Positions 1 through 13,012 of a stretch of DNA of 64,000 bases are shown one piece after another. The stretch comes from Zygnema circumcarinatum SAG 698-1b (Eukaryota; Plantae; Zygnematophyceae). The position numbers and the translations under genes were made by a program. Under the pieces are notes generated by a model that saw only the letters and a program-made list of their open reading frames with translations, had not been told where the DNA came from and made no database searches. Numbering within the stretch: the first letter of the stretch is position 1; every line of letters starts with the position of its first letter. The stretch covers positions 5,991,909 to 6,055,908 of the forward strand of contig CM074804.1 of assembly GCA_037447605.1 (NCBI GenBank), given 5' to 3'.

Positions 1-869
1 TGCTGTTCAGCTCCATGCTATTACAAAAATCTTCCCAACGTTAATGATTTAAAGGGCTTTCAAATTAAAATTTACATTGGTTATCACATAGGATCGTCGA
101 ATTTCTTTCCGTGCAAGATAAAAGTAAGCGCCAACCAATAGCTATATGGCTCCAATTGCTGATAAAAAGAGAAATTATGATAAAATTCGAAAGAACCTTG
201 CTTCGACCGCACACTTCTGAGGTTGTTTCTCGGATAATGTGCAGAGCCAAGGTTACGAATTGCTTTAAGATGTGAATTTCATCGAAATTGTTTTTTGTTT
301 GGTGCTTTTTTTTGTGATTCTTTGTCTCCATGTTCCTATACTTATTTCTGTCGTCCCAGTAAAATCATTTTTATAAATCACACATGAGGCATACCATGGT
401 GCCGAGACTTACCACGTCCTGAAAAATAGAATCAATCTGTTCAAGCAGCAGTGAATACTGGGTGCTGTTCCCCTGTAAAACACAGTCATATGCCACACCC
501 CCTCCAAACATCAGAAATTCAAAAGTACAAATAAATGAAAAACGGGCTATGAAGGAGGGTTCTATTTCAAAGGAAGCTTCCAATAAAACTGCAACTTCCA
601 CGCAAAACTCGCAACCTCCCGCTTCGAAAGCTAATTAAAAAAACTAAAGCATCTATTTTAATTGCAATTCACTCTCTGTCTATCAGGGAAATGATGAACA
701 GCTGTAGCTCCCTACCGACCTCCTTCTTGGACTCCAGTGCCATAACAATCTTCTGTCGCAGGAGGTTCAGAGGTTCAGAAGCCGCCATTCCTTCATCCTT
801 CCGGAGCTTCTGGGCAGACTGAGAGCTTTGGCGGCTCATGACTGCCGCTCTCCAAGCCTCAGAGCCCAT
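1..869 (-). CDS. 5' part of a multi-exon gene, probably RNA polymerase I initiation factor RRN3-like; continues off the left edge
   Basis: Exon 720-869 (MGSEAW...MALESKKE, donor gtcggt) splices in phase 0 to exon 413-472 (GNSTQYSLLLEQIDSIFQDV, donor gtaagt), then to QFVTLALHIIRETTSEV. The joined KKEGNSTQYSLLLEQI resembles the RRN3 N-terminal helix as recalled. GA-rich 5' UTR. Confidence 0.45.
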
Positions 870-1617
870 GGCGTCCGCGCTCCCTCTCCTTCCCTCTCCT
901 CGCTCCTCCCCTCTCCGCCCTCCCCGCAGAGTGGCTGCCAGTTGCGGGCGCCGCCAGTGGTCTAAGCGCGAGCACTTCGTCGGCCGCGGGCAGAGCAGGG
1001 CAGCGGGAGGGACAGGTCCCGTGTTCGAGCATTCGGCCGTACGTCCGTCCGTACGTGCGGCCGCCTACCGCCCGTCCGTCGCTCCCATGTTTTTGGCGCC
1101 GACCGACATGCTTCGATTTGCCATTGGTCGCATCCATCCATCCCCGCGCCGCGCCACCAAGTAAAAGTATTCGCCGCCGAACTACCGGACCGTGCGGCGA
1201 CAGAGAGAGAGAGAGAGAGAGGGAGCGTGCGCGGAGGGAGGGGGAGGATGAGTGTCACTGAGAGGGGGTGGAGACTGGAAAGTGTCGGCGAGTGCTCGCT
1301 GAGTTGCTTTGTTTCCACATGCATGCATGCACTCATGCCCACGGTCAAATTCTTGGGGTTTAAAAGGCCGGGATAAATTTGGAGAGTTTGTGTTATGTCG
1401 GGCTTGTCACCACCCTGCATTTCATCCGGCCACCGACTCAGAGCAAGGAGAGTTCAGAAGGCTCAGGACGTCCACCGTTGAGAAGCTACAGAGTGCACAG
1501 GTGCAAGTTGTAAGGTGAAGTGAATCAACCATTGAGGTCAATGAACGCTTCGAATGTAAATGAGGTCCAGGTGACCACGATGACCAGTTCCTCGTGGTTC
1601 CCCATGATGATTTTGTC

Positions 1618-1658
1618 CATGTACCTTTCATGGCATCGCCATCGTGAGATCAATGCCA
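1618..1658. repeat. Dispersed 41-bp motif, copy A
   Basis: CATGTACCTTTCATGGCATCGCCATCGTGAGATCAATGCCA; 39/41 identical to copy C at 58657-58697. Confidence 0.85.
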
Positions 1659-1891
1659 CATCATTCTTACTTCAACCGTAACAGGGGCAAGAACAATCGC
1701 ATATAGATGCACTACTTGCACGTCAAATTCAGACGCTAACCGTTCTGCCAATCACAAGACAAGCAATTAACAATTCCGTTGGTGAAACGTGAATGTGCGT
1801 CCCTCAATGCTACTACCATTTTCACTGCACATAAAATAAATTACATCAACAAAACGGCTTCAAAACTGCGTCGCGGCCACAAGCAGGCATC

Positions 1892-4800
1892 TCATCCGAC
1901 TGTTTTGCTGAGAGGAAAGAAGCGTTGTGGAAACAGAGACGCCTCCCGCCCACCCACAGGATGTGCAGGATGCAAGAGGCCCTCCGAGACTTCAACTGTG
2001 CTCAGCCCAGACTCACTTGAAGTCGGGCTGAGGAGCGCATGCTTAAAGTCGGTCCGACCCCCTCCCTGCAGTCGCCCACCTGTTGACATGGATTTCAAGA
2101 TGTCGGCTGCAAGGTGCCTGGGAGGGACAGTCTCTTCAGACCCATACGACATTTCAAGGCTTGAGAACAATTCAGGATTGAAGTGATAGTCCCGCTGATT
2201 GGTGCGTGCAACTGGCCGGATCATGACATCTTCATTGTCATGGTCCGGATGCGCATACTGTTGGCATATGGCCTCGATCTCCTTCACCACCTGCTTCATA
2301 GGCGGCCGATTGTCACCCTGCGTGTTCACGCATTGGAACACGACGTTTAACAATTGAGCGAGACCTTCTGGAGGATAGTCCTCCAAATTGGGATCAACAA
2401 TGGCTCCCACTCCTTCAAGGAGCAGCTTGTTTTTTATCTGCGCCAAAACACACGGGAAATTGGTTATATTCTCCGCTTGTCGAAGCACTCCCTCATGCTT
2501 TCCAGACATAGAAAACTTTGCAAAATTACCGGGGCTTGTCAGGGACCCAGGTTTAAGAGAGACAAGTTAATATATCAATACCAAGCCCAGTGACCGGCGA
2601 AAAGCTGCATTATCTCACTGTCTCCAAAAAGCTCGACGATGCCTCTTGATGCTGCGCAAATGGTTCCTTAGCCGTTATAATCTCCAAAAGCAAAACCCCG
2701 AAACCATACACATCGCTCTTCAAGGTTGCCGTGCCTGTCTGGGCATACTCGGGATCCAAGTACCCCTGCCAGGACCCCACACACATCCCCATACATCATA
2801 CATACATCACATCATATTCAGGTCATAAAAAAGACTTGGACAGAGTCTGAAGTCCCTAGCCGAACACGTCAAGGAATGTAAGTTTCGGCCACTTATTCTT
2901 GTCACATCGTAGTCTACGCACTACAAACTTCTCTCCAGAGAAGAGAGAGGGTCGTGACTTCCATATGACCGACTGCAGAGAAGTTCTGCTGTGACCTTAA
3001 CACGTTTGCGAAAGACTGAAGTGGAATAGAAACAGACTCATGCAGCAGAGGCCAAAGAAGACTCACGCTTGCAACTGAATTCGCATGAGGCAATGGCTTT
3101 CGTCCTAACGACCGCTACTCTAGCTCTCTTCCAACATCCCAGCACTAAACGAAGTAAAAGGCTGGTGGCAAAAGGAAGTAGTACTCACGAGTGTGCCCTT
3201 CACCATGCTCACTTCTCGCAATTGAAATCGTCTAGTGCTCCCAAATTTAGACAGGCCAAAGTCAGCAACTTTAGCAACCAGCCGATCGTCCAGAAGGATG
3301 TTGGAGGCCTGCCGCAGAGCAGCCCTCCTCTGCCATCCGTAAGAATGCGGGCGCAGTGGCAACCAGCAGCGAGTGCTTCTTTCGATTTTGCAGGGACTTG
3401 AGAAGTACTATTAGGACCCAGGGGAGGGGCCACCATGCAGACAGCGTCCATACACAGCTGCAGCCAAACCTGACTTTTCTTCCGCTCTGAAGGTTAAGCA
3501 ACTCCAGTGCACATTGACCGGGGAGGAACACCCCCCAGCATGCAACTATAATTTTACGGGGCAAGGGTCAGAAGACAGTCCACCTTCATGTCACGGTGAA
3601 TTATTGGTGGGTCGACATGCTCATGGAGGTACTCCAATCCCCGTGTAGTACCTAAAGCTATGAATAAACGCTCCATCCAGGAAAGCGGAGGTATGAAGTG
3701 GCCTGCATCACGCAGAAAATTTAATCGCCTGTATATCTGCTTAATTCTCACCGTTTCAATTCTTGAGGCTTCTTTAGTTGTTGCACAGACCTTGCAGGTG
3801 CTGCTGCAGATTGCCGTTTTGCATGAATGGGTACAGCAGCAGTTGTTCACCGCCCTCAACACAGTACCCCACAAGCTCTACCAGGTTCCTGCCACCCCCA
3901 TGCCCATGTGTCATGTGTGAACATGACGGCGCATGAGCATGTATGTGTGAACATCAGGGGGGATCGCCTGCTGAGGCTTCGTTTCACAGCGGCTGTAGCG
4001 TTCCGTATCCATGCAACTATGCATGCATGCTTGCATCCATCCATCCATCCATCCCCTTCCCGTGCGCCCCCAGGACCCTTGGCAGCACGCTCACCTGTGC
4101 CGCACGCAGGAGAGCAGCTCGATCTCACGGAGGAAGGCTTGCATGCGGCCCGCCGCACTGAAGGTTGACTCCCCACTCTTCAGAGCGCGCTTCACTGCTA
4201 GGGTCTGCCCATTGCGCATAATTACCTTGTACACCTGGCAGCAATGCGACCACATAGGTGGCATGCACAATGTTTCAGTACTGGGAGTTCAAGCTTTTGG
4301 ACGTTCTTCCAAATTAAGATGTGGGCTTTATGGAAGTGGGAAGGGGGAGAAACACACAGTGCCGTATCCCCCTTCTCCGAGCTTGTGCATGATGTTGAAG
4401 TTATCGCTTGCCGCAAGAATCTCTGAGAGGGCAAACTTCGTCACTCCGTGAATGGGCAGCTGTAATGCTAAACCGCCATCGTCCCGGCCTGCGCCAATCA
4501 CCAACCCCAAAGTGCCATCCCCAAGACCCTCTATTCTGACGTCCGCTTGAGATGCATCACCATGAACGAGGCATACACTTCGAAAACTACAAGATTCAAA
4601 AACAGTCCCGCAAAGGAAGAAAGACTTGATATCGAGCTTCCGGGACTGCTTGATCCTTTCTTATAACGTCCACTAGTTTCGCGGTTTTGGGGAGAACCCC
4701 TCACCCTGCGCCGCGAGCTTGAGCCGGCGAGCACGCCTTCGGTGATGAAGAGCCCATGCGGCGCAGACGCAGAGGCCGACCGCCGCCATTGAAAGCAGAA

Positions 4801-7800
4801 GGGCGCTGAGGATGGCCCACCAGCCGGGCCCGCCCCCCTGCTGGGGGGAAGGGGACGAGGATGCTGTTGCTGCCCACGGGCAGTGGCAAACGGGAAATGG
4901 AGAGAGGTTGGACCTTCAACAGGAGAATGCGAGAAGCGGCGAGCGAGAGGGAGAGGGAGGGAGAGAAGGAGATGGAAGGGGATTACGGGATCGGTTCTAC
5001 TACAGATCCAGCAAATCGACACAATTTCTCTGAAAACTAATGCAGACGCTTCTCATGAGTAAGAATGCAACCAAGCTTGCGAAAGGGCCTCTTTGGGTAG
5101 ATTGATACGCAGAACAAAGACAGGGTCCCATGGAGGTGCAAGAGGCTGACCAGAAAAGGCAGGCAGTGTAAAATTGACCGGACGATAAGGGTCGAGGCCC
5201 GGCCCCAGGAGAATAGTTTGCATGTTAAATGCCGTGATAATCTTCATCAGAAAAACTTTATCGAACGTATTATCTGCCTGAAAGATCTGAACTTCCATCA
5301 ACCAGGATCCGGTAGAAGCGTTCATGCGTGCCCATGCCACCACAACCTGCACAAATCGCAGTTGACCATAAAGCATCTCCTGTAACTGACGGACCTTCAT
5401 TGTAATATCTTACTCTGAAAAAGCATGGACAAGAAAGTGACAGGCCTGAAACCAATCAGTCCCTTCTATATCCTCCTCAGAGTGGCCAACAAAGCAAGAC
5501 CATCTTTCCTTGCTTCCTTTGCATCCATCCTCTCGTTTGATTCTCCTCCTGAAAGTACCCACCTGGCTTGGCTCAAGATGAAGACCAGTGACTTGCATAC
5601 TGAGGCTCGCACTCACTGCTGCGGCGACTTCAGCAGCAGTGCTCTCTACAAAAGCTCCTCTGGAAAAGTGGTCCATCTGCAGTTGTATACTCAAGAAGCT
5701 CGAGCACATACACTCTTCATTCGGAAGCTGCATCGGGCGGGGCTGAAGGCCTTTAGGGCAGCCGTGTGTTGCGCAGACATTGGCCGCAGGGGGCACATAA
5801 TCCAAAACAGCAGACGCCAATCCCCCGCAGACCTGCTCCACGTGGCTGAGTGCGGCAACGGCACAGACCGGGTTGCCACTCAAGCTGGCCAAATACCCGG
5901 GCACATGCAGGTGAACCATTCTCAGCATGAGGGCGGGCTGGGAGGGATAGGAAACAATTTTAGCTCACTTGAATATGTCGAAAGCATTCTTTTAGGCTTC
6001 GAGCAGTGTTTAAAGCTCATCCTACAAACAAGCATGGAAAAGGAAATATCGTAGGGAGGATAGCTGGCAATCCCCATTCAGGGAGGCTGCTTAGGAAACG
6101 ATATGCACACAATGGAAAGAGGAATCCGTCATGGATCCGAAATCGGAACATAGTTACGTGTGCATCTTGCCCAGGGGGAGACATCCGCTCAGACGAGTGA
6201 GCATCTGGAATAGGTGACCCTTTTGGGCAGGGGGCTCACTGTAAATGGGGACTCTGTTGGAATCCTGCTGCCAGCATGGCCGCACTCACGTCGGAAATGG
6301 CGTTGTTTTCTGCATTGCTGCCAAGCAACCACGGCCCACCAAGCCTGAACAGACTGACAGGACTGCACCTGCTTGATCAAATCCTCTCGAAGACACTGAC
6401 TGAACATGCCATTCGCACACAAGAGGCAAGAGTCCCCCGACTTCTCTGATAACTCATGCTGAACTGCCATTCCCATTCCGCTAAGTTTGGCATTAGCTCT
6501 GAATGCGAGCAGCTTTGGTTGATTTGGACTGATGCGCCTTCAACCATTGCTTCAGCCCTATGTTTAAAGAAAGCAACCAGAAAGTGCATCTGTCATGACC
6601 AAGTCAGCAGTGCACGTAACAGGGCTATCGCTGACTGACATTAAGGATATGTTGGTCAGCGCGGTCAGGTCCGGCATGGTCCCCGTCAGCTTGTTGGAGT
6701 GCAAGTCCCTGCTATGCCCGCCTCACTCATGCGCCGTTAGCAACAATAATCGCTAGGGAAGCAACAGGGCCCAAGGATGGCTGCTGGCAGAGAAGGGCTG
6801 CGGCAGAAACCCTACACGGCGCGGAGGTGCGGCAGGCCCTTGAATGCGGAGGCAGGCGGAATATGACCTGCAGGGACGCTGCCAGACACGAGTGAAGGAA
6901 GGGAGGAGGGTGAGGGAAGGGAGGGAGGGCGAGAGGGAGAGAGATAGACAAGAAGAGGCAGGGAAGTAGAAAACACGCGTGAGGAGGGGAACAGTAAACA
7001 TTCCCTCGCACTCGGGGTGACATTCTCTATCAGAAATTCGCTCGGTACTAAGTATGTTGGTCGTCCTTTGAGGTGAGTGTTCCCTCCATAGAACAAGAAT
7101 AATGCACTGCCAGGCAATATTAAGTACAATCTGGTCACGTACCTGAAAGGAAGTTCCGGCTGAAGTCACTGCGTCCCACATGCCAAAAAGAAACAACGCT
7201 CAATCAACAGCAAAAAGGATAAGCCCTGCAAAAGGCAGTACATCAAATCACTAGGGTGCTTACTGGACTGAAATAATGAGCTTTGAATCCCATCAGAGAG
7301 AACGCCGGAGTCCTTGTGGCACTTACACCTTCTGCAGACTCAAAAACAACTTCAACGACGGAATGCCTCCAGTAAAACCACTCCTGGACATGGACCTGCC
7401 ACGTGACAACCAGCACACCCACCCACATCCACCTTTTCTCATCACACATTGCTGAATCGCCTTATGACGAACAGACAACAGTCATCAGATTAACTTGCTG
7501 AAAACAGAAGGAGACTAGCCCAGACGCAATGCATACATGTCCTTCTAAGGAAATCGAATTGACAAAAAAACAGAGTACACTGCTGTGTGCAAGTCTACAA
7601 CGCTGCAATATGAGTAATTTGAAATGAATATGCTGAATCAAGCCGCTTCGCATGCAGCTTTTCCTTGCAAACTCTCTGCTTTAAGGGCTCACAAATGCAC
7701 AAGGCTTGAAAGGTTGCCGCCTGCAATGGCAGCAGGGAAAGGACCTGCTTTCAGCGGATTATTCCCAACTGATCTGTCACACAGCGCAGCAGAGAGCAAG

Positions 7801-10800
7801 TGAAACGCAGAAAATATTAAAAGACGTCTTAAGGCGTCTTCTTAAACGTAAGGCTTATATTAAGGCGTCTTAGTGTACGCACTTCAGGAGAGAACTGCGA
7901 AATTGAGGCAATTTTTCTCCGAGCTTTAAGCACAGATCTTGCTATTTTTTCTAACAGCATGGCGAAGATGAAGACCTACAGGACCTGTAGTGTCCCTATA
8001 GTGGCGAACTTGGATGGCAGGTCTCCCGTGAATTGGTTTCCATCCAGTATGCTGCCACCACGGCGAAACCAACACTCTTCTTTACACGCAAGGGACGCCA
8101 ACAAGCCAGATACACATACACAGTTTAAAGCAGATGCTTGTCGATGCACATTACAAAAGGAACGACTCCCAAGGAACCATTTCATTTGCGTACGCCCCCA
8201 CAGGTTACGTTGCTTACAGCGCCTCTAGGGGCAGGCTGCCAAGCCGTGGAATTGAGCCTGAAAGTAGGTTCCCTCGGAGATTCCTGCCCCCCTCAGCAGC
8301 GGTGCAAGCAGAGAGAATTCAAGGGCCACTTTCATGCAAAGAACTTCAGAATGGTAAGTACAAGGTCCCGGATGGTGCTAATTCTGGGCTCTCACAAGTG
8401 CTGTAGCTCCATAAGCCGCCCTAAATCTGGAACAGGCCCGCTCAGCCTGTTCTCCCCCAGGTCGAGCCAACGGAGGGTGAGGACCTCCCCCAGGCTCGGG
8501 GGCACGCTGCGGACCAACTGGTTGCGGCCCAAAGACCTGCTCCCGGCAACGCATTTTCTGGAGATTTAGATGGCTAGGACATGCTCACGTCGAGGAGATG
8601 AATGGTTTACGGCACACTGGCACTACTTCGCGAGTCCTGGCGGGAGGGCTTTCAAGATGAGAATCTCTGTTTGAGGGTTGAGTAGACGCTTACAGGTACT
8701 GAAGGCTGGGCAGCTGGTTGAAGGTCTGCGGAACGACCCCACTGAGTGAGCAACCTTGCAGGTTCCTGCATCACACACCCCCCATCAGGCAAAAAAAAAC
8801 ACCTGTAATGTCCAAGGTGAGAACACGTGATCCGTTTTTATGAACCAAGCTATCACAATTTTCACGATGAAGGCAGTCTTTTTCCATCGATCGGAGAAAC
8901 TTATTGAAGGACCGCGGCACATAGAAATACACATTATTAGCGACCAGGACTATCGCACGAAAAGGAGATACGAACAAATGGGTGAGTCGGAAGGGGAGGG
9001 AGTCTCCTGCTGGAACATCGCCCACTATGCCTGGATTGAGCGACAAGTCCCTGCACGATCAGAATGGCTGTTAAGGAGAAAAGCCGATAGAGAAAGCCAT
9101 CCGCGAGCTCAAATTTCCCATGTAAGTGAACATCATACAGGGAACTTCAACTAGGACGGCTTGATTTATGAGTGGTTTGTAACGACTGAGCAGAAATACA
9201 AGACGAGATAAGCTTGCGGAGTCGCTCATGAGGAATTCTAATGTATGGATTGTATCAAAAGGAGAGGCTCAGACCAAGTGCTGTGATAAAGATACGAGGG
9301 ATGCATTGCATGTGCGAAAATCAAAGGGTGATGACAATTGCAGAGGGTACTGAGAAGCGAGGAGACAAAACGAACACGAGGCAGATACAGGACATAAGTG
9401 CACAGATGCCTCACATGATGGCAAGGTAATCCAAAAAGTACAGGTCACTCGAGATTTTGCCCTGCAACTCCATGTTGCTCAGCTGCCTGCACTCAGCAGC
9501 AACACGTTCAAGAGAATGGGAAGCCAACATAGCTGGCCTTAAACACCATGGATACTCTGCGATGTATTCAAGATTGCTCTCACGATAAAACATTATAAAC
9601 CAGCCTAATCACTGAGGTGGACCACTTCTGTCAAGAAATTACAAGTCGTCATTCTAGCATCGAAGGCGCGAATACTCCTCAACATTTGGAGAGAGGGAGA
9701 AACAGGCAAAAGAAATAAAGTAAACGCGAAATTAACTGAGGACTGTAGAACTGTCGTTACAGTAGTGTAAGTGATCAATCGAATGAATAAATGAATCTGC
9801 AGTTTCCCTTACACGGTAGTGACTCGCTGCTCTTCCGTTTCAACCATGATGCATTCTATGCCGAACCAGCCATCCCCACAGGGGTCCTCTCCCACCCAGC
9901 CTCGGAGCACCTTGGGGTTGCCGAATCCTTCTTTCAGTCCTGTAAGGCCAGCAGCTGTTTCGACACGGAGGCCATGTGAGGAGATTGGAGAAACGTGCTT
10001 CTCGTATAGTCGGCCCATTTATCACACATAAATACGCTAACCTTTGAGCAGAATTGTTTCTTGCAGTTCAGTCGAAACGAAAATTGTGCCACAGTCAAAG
10101 CAGAGTTCAGTAACATAAAAAGCATGAGGGTTTTTTATACAAAATTGACCTTTCTACAAAGATACAGAAATTTATAGGCGAGTCACGAAGTTGCCAATAC
10201 TCTATATCTGCTCCAGGTAAGTCTTTCTTTTCCAAGGATACCACGCTTACCAAGCTTTATCATTCAATTAATGCAGTAAACGTACGTGTGAGAAACACAC
10301 AGAATTTTAGATTGCAATGTAATTAGCACAGGGCTTTTGCTTTGTACTTGTACTAGACTCTGACTGAGGTTGTAGATAAGGATAAGGAGATAACATCAAC
10401 GGACGGGGTCCTAGGTGAAGCTGCTTAGAATGATAGGGCCGACTTTTGTTGCGCCTAGTCCAATTAACGAAGTTTATGATTATTAAGCGAGCTGTATCTG
10501 TCAACTGCCACATTGCTGACTCTGCTGCAAGCTGGGGCAACAAGTAACAATCAACTCTACATTAAAAATCCAAAAGTGATAAATTTGATTCTGAATGGAG
10601 ACAGCAAACGTAAGGTTTATTTTTAATCTGAGAAACAAAAAAAAATTGAAAAGCTATAGTTCATTACCCTAAATCGAGCAAGAATGATTATTTTCTAAAC
10701 GCTGCCAGAAATATAATCAATTACTCTAGAGTATTCCTCGTTCACTGATTTTAGGAGACTTTCATCTATCAGGATTATGCAGCATACTGTATTGCGATTG

Positions 10801-11393
10801 AATCTGAAAAGGTGCACCTTTTCCTGCAGGGCACTAGCCTTCAGGTCTGACCTTTTCTGTGTGCCCAGTCTGGTATGCAGTCGCTTCCAGTGTTCACTGC
10901 AACAGTAAATTTATATCTTTCTACATAGTGCGTTTTTGTTTATTACATGCGCGTCATGGATGAAGCTGCAATAAATGCTTCTTTAAAAATAAGACAATGA
11001 ATCCTTTATAGATTTGGAGACAGTAGTCTATGTAACAGAAACTAGTTTGACGTACTTGATAGGCCGAAGTGCAGGTAGAGGTATATAAATGACTAATTCT
11101 CAACAATTAGCAAAGCCAAGATGTAAAAAGATTAATCAACCCAATCAAAACAGAGTGCAAACACTATGCAGCCTGCAGCGCTGGACAGGCTATGGGCACT
11201 ACCACCCTCACTATCAGCAGGTCGCTGGCCACAAATATATAAAACCTGACCTCGTATGAAATTCAGGCCTAGAGATTCCAAGCCATCCAGGAACAGATTG
11301 AGCGGCAGACGACCGTGCCTCACCGTCAACATTGTCACCAAGGCATCCATTGATTCCAACGAGAACAGCCAACAGCAACACTGCCGCAGCCAT
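1892..11393 (-). CDS. LRR receptor-like kinase, LRR-VIII-1 type (HPCA1/CARD1-like)
   Basis: Signal peptide [19 protein letters not shown] (ATG 11393). LRRNT cap [19 protein letters not shown]. Phase-2 LRR exons ([82 protein letters not shown]). LSGNPVC cap, Cys-rich plus SEA-like region, [32 protein letters not shown]. Kinase motifs LGEGGYG, AVKR, IIHRDMK, DFGLSK, GYLDPEY, SDVYGFG; stop at 1892. One or two exons at 5.9-6.6 kb are unresolved. Confidence 0.93.
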
Positions 11394-11525
11394 GCGCCCA
11401 AACTCCCAGCCTCCAACACCGCCCCAGAAACTAATACGAGGCGAAAAGAGGCGGACCGTGCACTCCTGTGCGAAAGAAGTGAGGGAGAGGGCGAGGGAGA
11501 GGGAGAGAGGGAGCGCGGTTGCAGC

Positions 11526-11572
11526 GCCACGCGTGGAGCGAGGGCACCGACAACTGGGCCGCGCCACGTGGC
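11526..11572 (-). promoter_or_regulatory. CE3-like element plus G-box/ABRE upstream of the LRR-RLK
   Basis: GCCACGCGTGG at 11526-11536 and GCCACGTGGC at 11563-11572, 130-180 bp upstream of ATG 11393. Confidence 0.4.
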
Positions 11573-11901
11573 AGCGGGCGGCCCGGCCCCCCCTGGCCCC
11601 GGCCCGGCGGCGGTCGGTGGGCGGTCCGCGCACCCCTCTCCGCTGCCCGAGTCGGTCGGTCAGTCAGTCACTCAGTCAGCCGCGCCGTACGGCCTGGCCA
11701 GTCACCGCGCCCGAGGGAGGAGGGAGCCGTGAGGACCCTTGGATCGAGGTGTACGGACGGCCGGGATCGGCCGTTAAGAGAGGTTTGAAAATGGCAGCTA
11801 GTCAGCCAGCCAGCTGGCTAGCTAGCCTCGGCCAAGCGAGGGGCGGGCAGGCCGACAGTCGGGCGGGCGGTTCTGCGCTCGACCGTACGGCCGATAGACT
11901 A

Positions 11902-12424
11902 CAGTAGGGGGTCCTCATATTTTCCACCCTGGTTCCGGGCAAAATGAGGCGAAAATATTAAATTTGCATATATAAGGTTCGTGTTACGAATAGACGGGCG
12001 GTATTATGTTAGAGTTCATGTTGAACCGTACGTATCGTATCGTACCGTATCGTACTGTATCATTTAGCTTCGTATCGTATCGTGACATATCGTGACGCAT
12101 ATACTGTATCATTTAGCATCGTGATCCAACCATCGGGGAGTTTCGTATCGTATTGACCGTTCGTATCGTATCGTATCGTATCGAAGTCAAGAAGACGGGG
12201 AGAAGAGCGAGCGCCTCTTACGGCGGCACGAGCGGGGAGATTAGGTGCGTTTTGCGTAAGCCCGTAACGGCTAGTACAGATAGTACGGACAGTACGAACA
12301 ACACGGACAGTACGAACAGTACGGCTAACACAAGTTACCGTACAAAAAAGTGGTTTCGGCAAAATTGGGGCGAAAATATTGAGGACGCACTCCTTGGGGT
12401 GGTAAATACGAGGACCCCCCACTG
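11902..12424. mobile_element. Non-autonomous TIR element (MITE, Tc1/mariner-like), 523 bp
   Basis: Left end CAGTAGGGGGTCCTCATATTTTCCACCC; reverse complement of right end CAGTGGGGGGTCCTCGTATTTACCACCC. TA flanks at 11900-11901 and 12425-12426. Subterminal direct repeat GGCAAAAT(G/TG)AGG/GGGCGAAAATATT near both ends. (TATCG)n/GTACG-rich interior with no transposase. Confidence 0.8.
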
Positions 12425-13012
12425 TATGGTACGGGGATGTACGGCAAGGCACGGAGATGTACAGTACGGTGCGGTGATGTACGGTATGGTACGGTACGTC
12501 CTTGACAAGCACAGCTTTGCAAACGCAGTCGCGCATTTGAACAGGTGGTCAACGTTGGAAATAGTGAAGTGGCTGGCAGATGACCTGGGTCAATCAAGGT
12601 GGGAAATGGCAACGTGCAAGGGCCAGTATGCTGAGCTCCAAATGGAAGAAAACAGGGAGGCCTGGAAAGTTGGCACAATTATCAACAGAGAGGGTAAACA
12701 TGAGGATCATCATTGTTTTAGTTATTTTTGCATTACGGCGAGCAGGATGCCCTCTGAAAGCCTTTCGAACAGCCATCGACCTGCTTATCCTAAAAGAATA
12801 ATATTAGTGAAAAAATGATTTTTTTTACATGTAAATTTGGCAGATTCCTACCGGAGGAGCATACAATCAGCTCCAAAATCAATATAAAATTAGAAGGAAA
12901 AGCCAAAAACCACTATCCTACAAAACTTAACCAGAAGAGACGAGAATTGCCTGGTCTCTTTTCACACCCTGCGAGCCTTAGGGTGCAGCAAGCAACAACC
13001 ACGATATGCCCC

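Noticed and set aside
5425-6054. 209-aa + strand ORF, and other antisense ORFs such as 14658-15281
   Set aside because: Shadow ORFs antisense to well-supported coding exons.
6641-6650. ATATCCTTAA on the - strand resembling a U12 (AT-AC) 5' splice site in the RLK
   Set aside because: It is coding (ISL) within a standard 69-nt phase-2 LRR exon that ends at a normal gtcagt donor.
7820-7872. AAGACGTCTT palindrome and TTAAGGCGTCTT repeated twice in an RLK intron
   Set aside because: Too short to call a TE footprint, and there is no second copy in the window.
12153-12818. 221-aa + strand ORF and overlapping ORFs
   Set aside because: They run through the MITE and its simple repeats and show no transposase (DDE/HTH) features.
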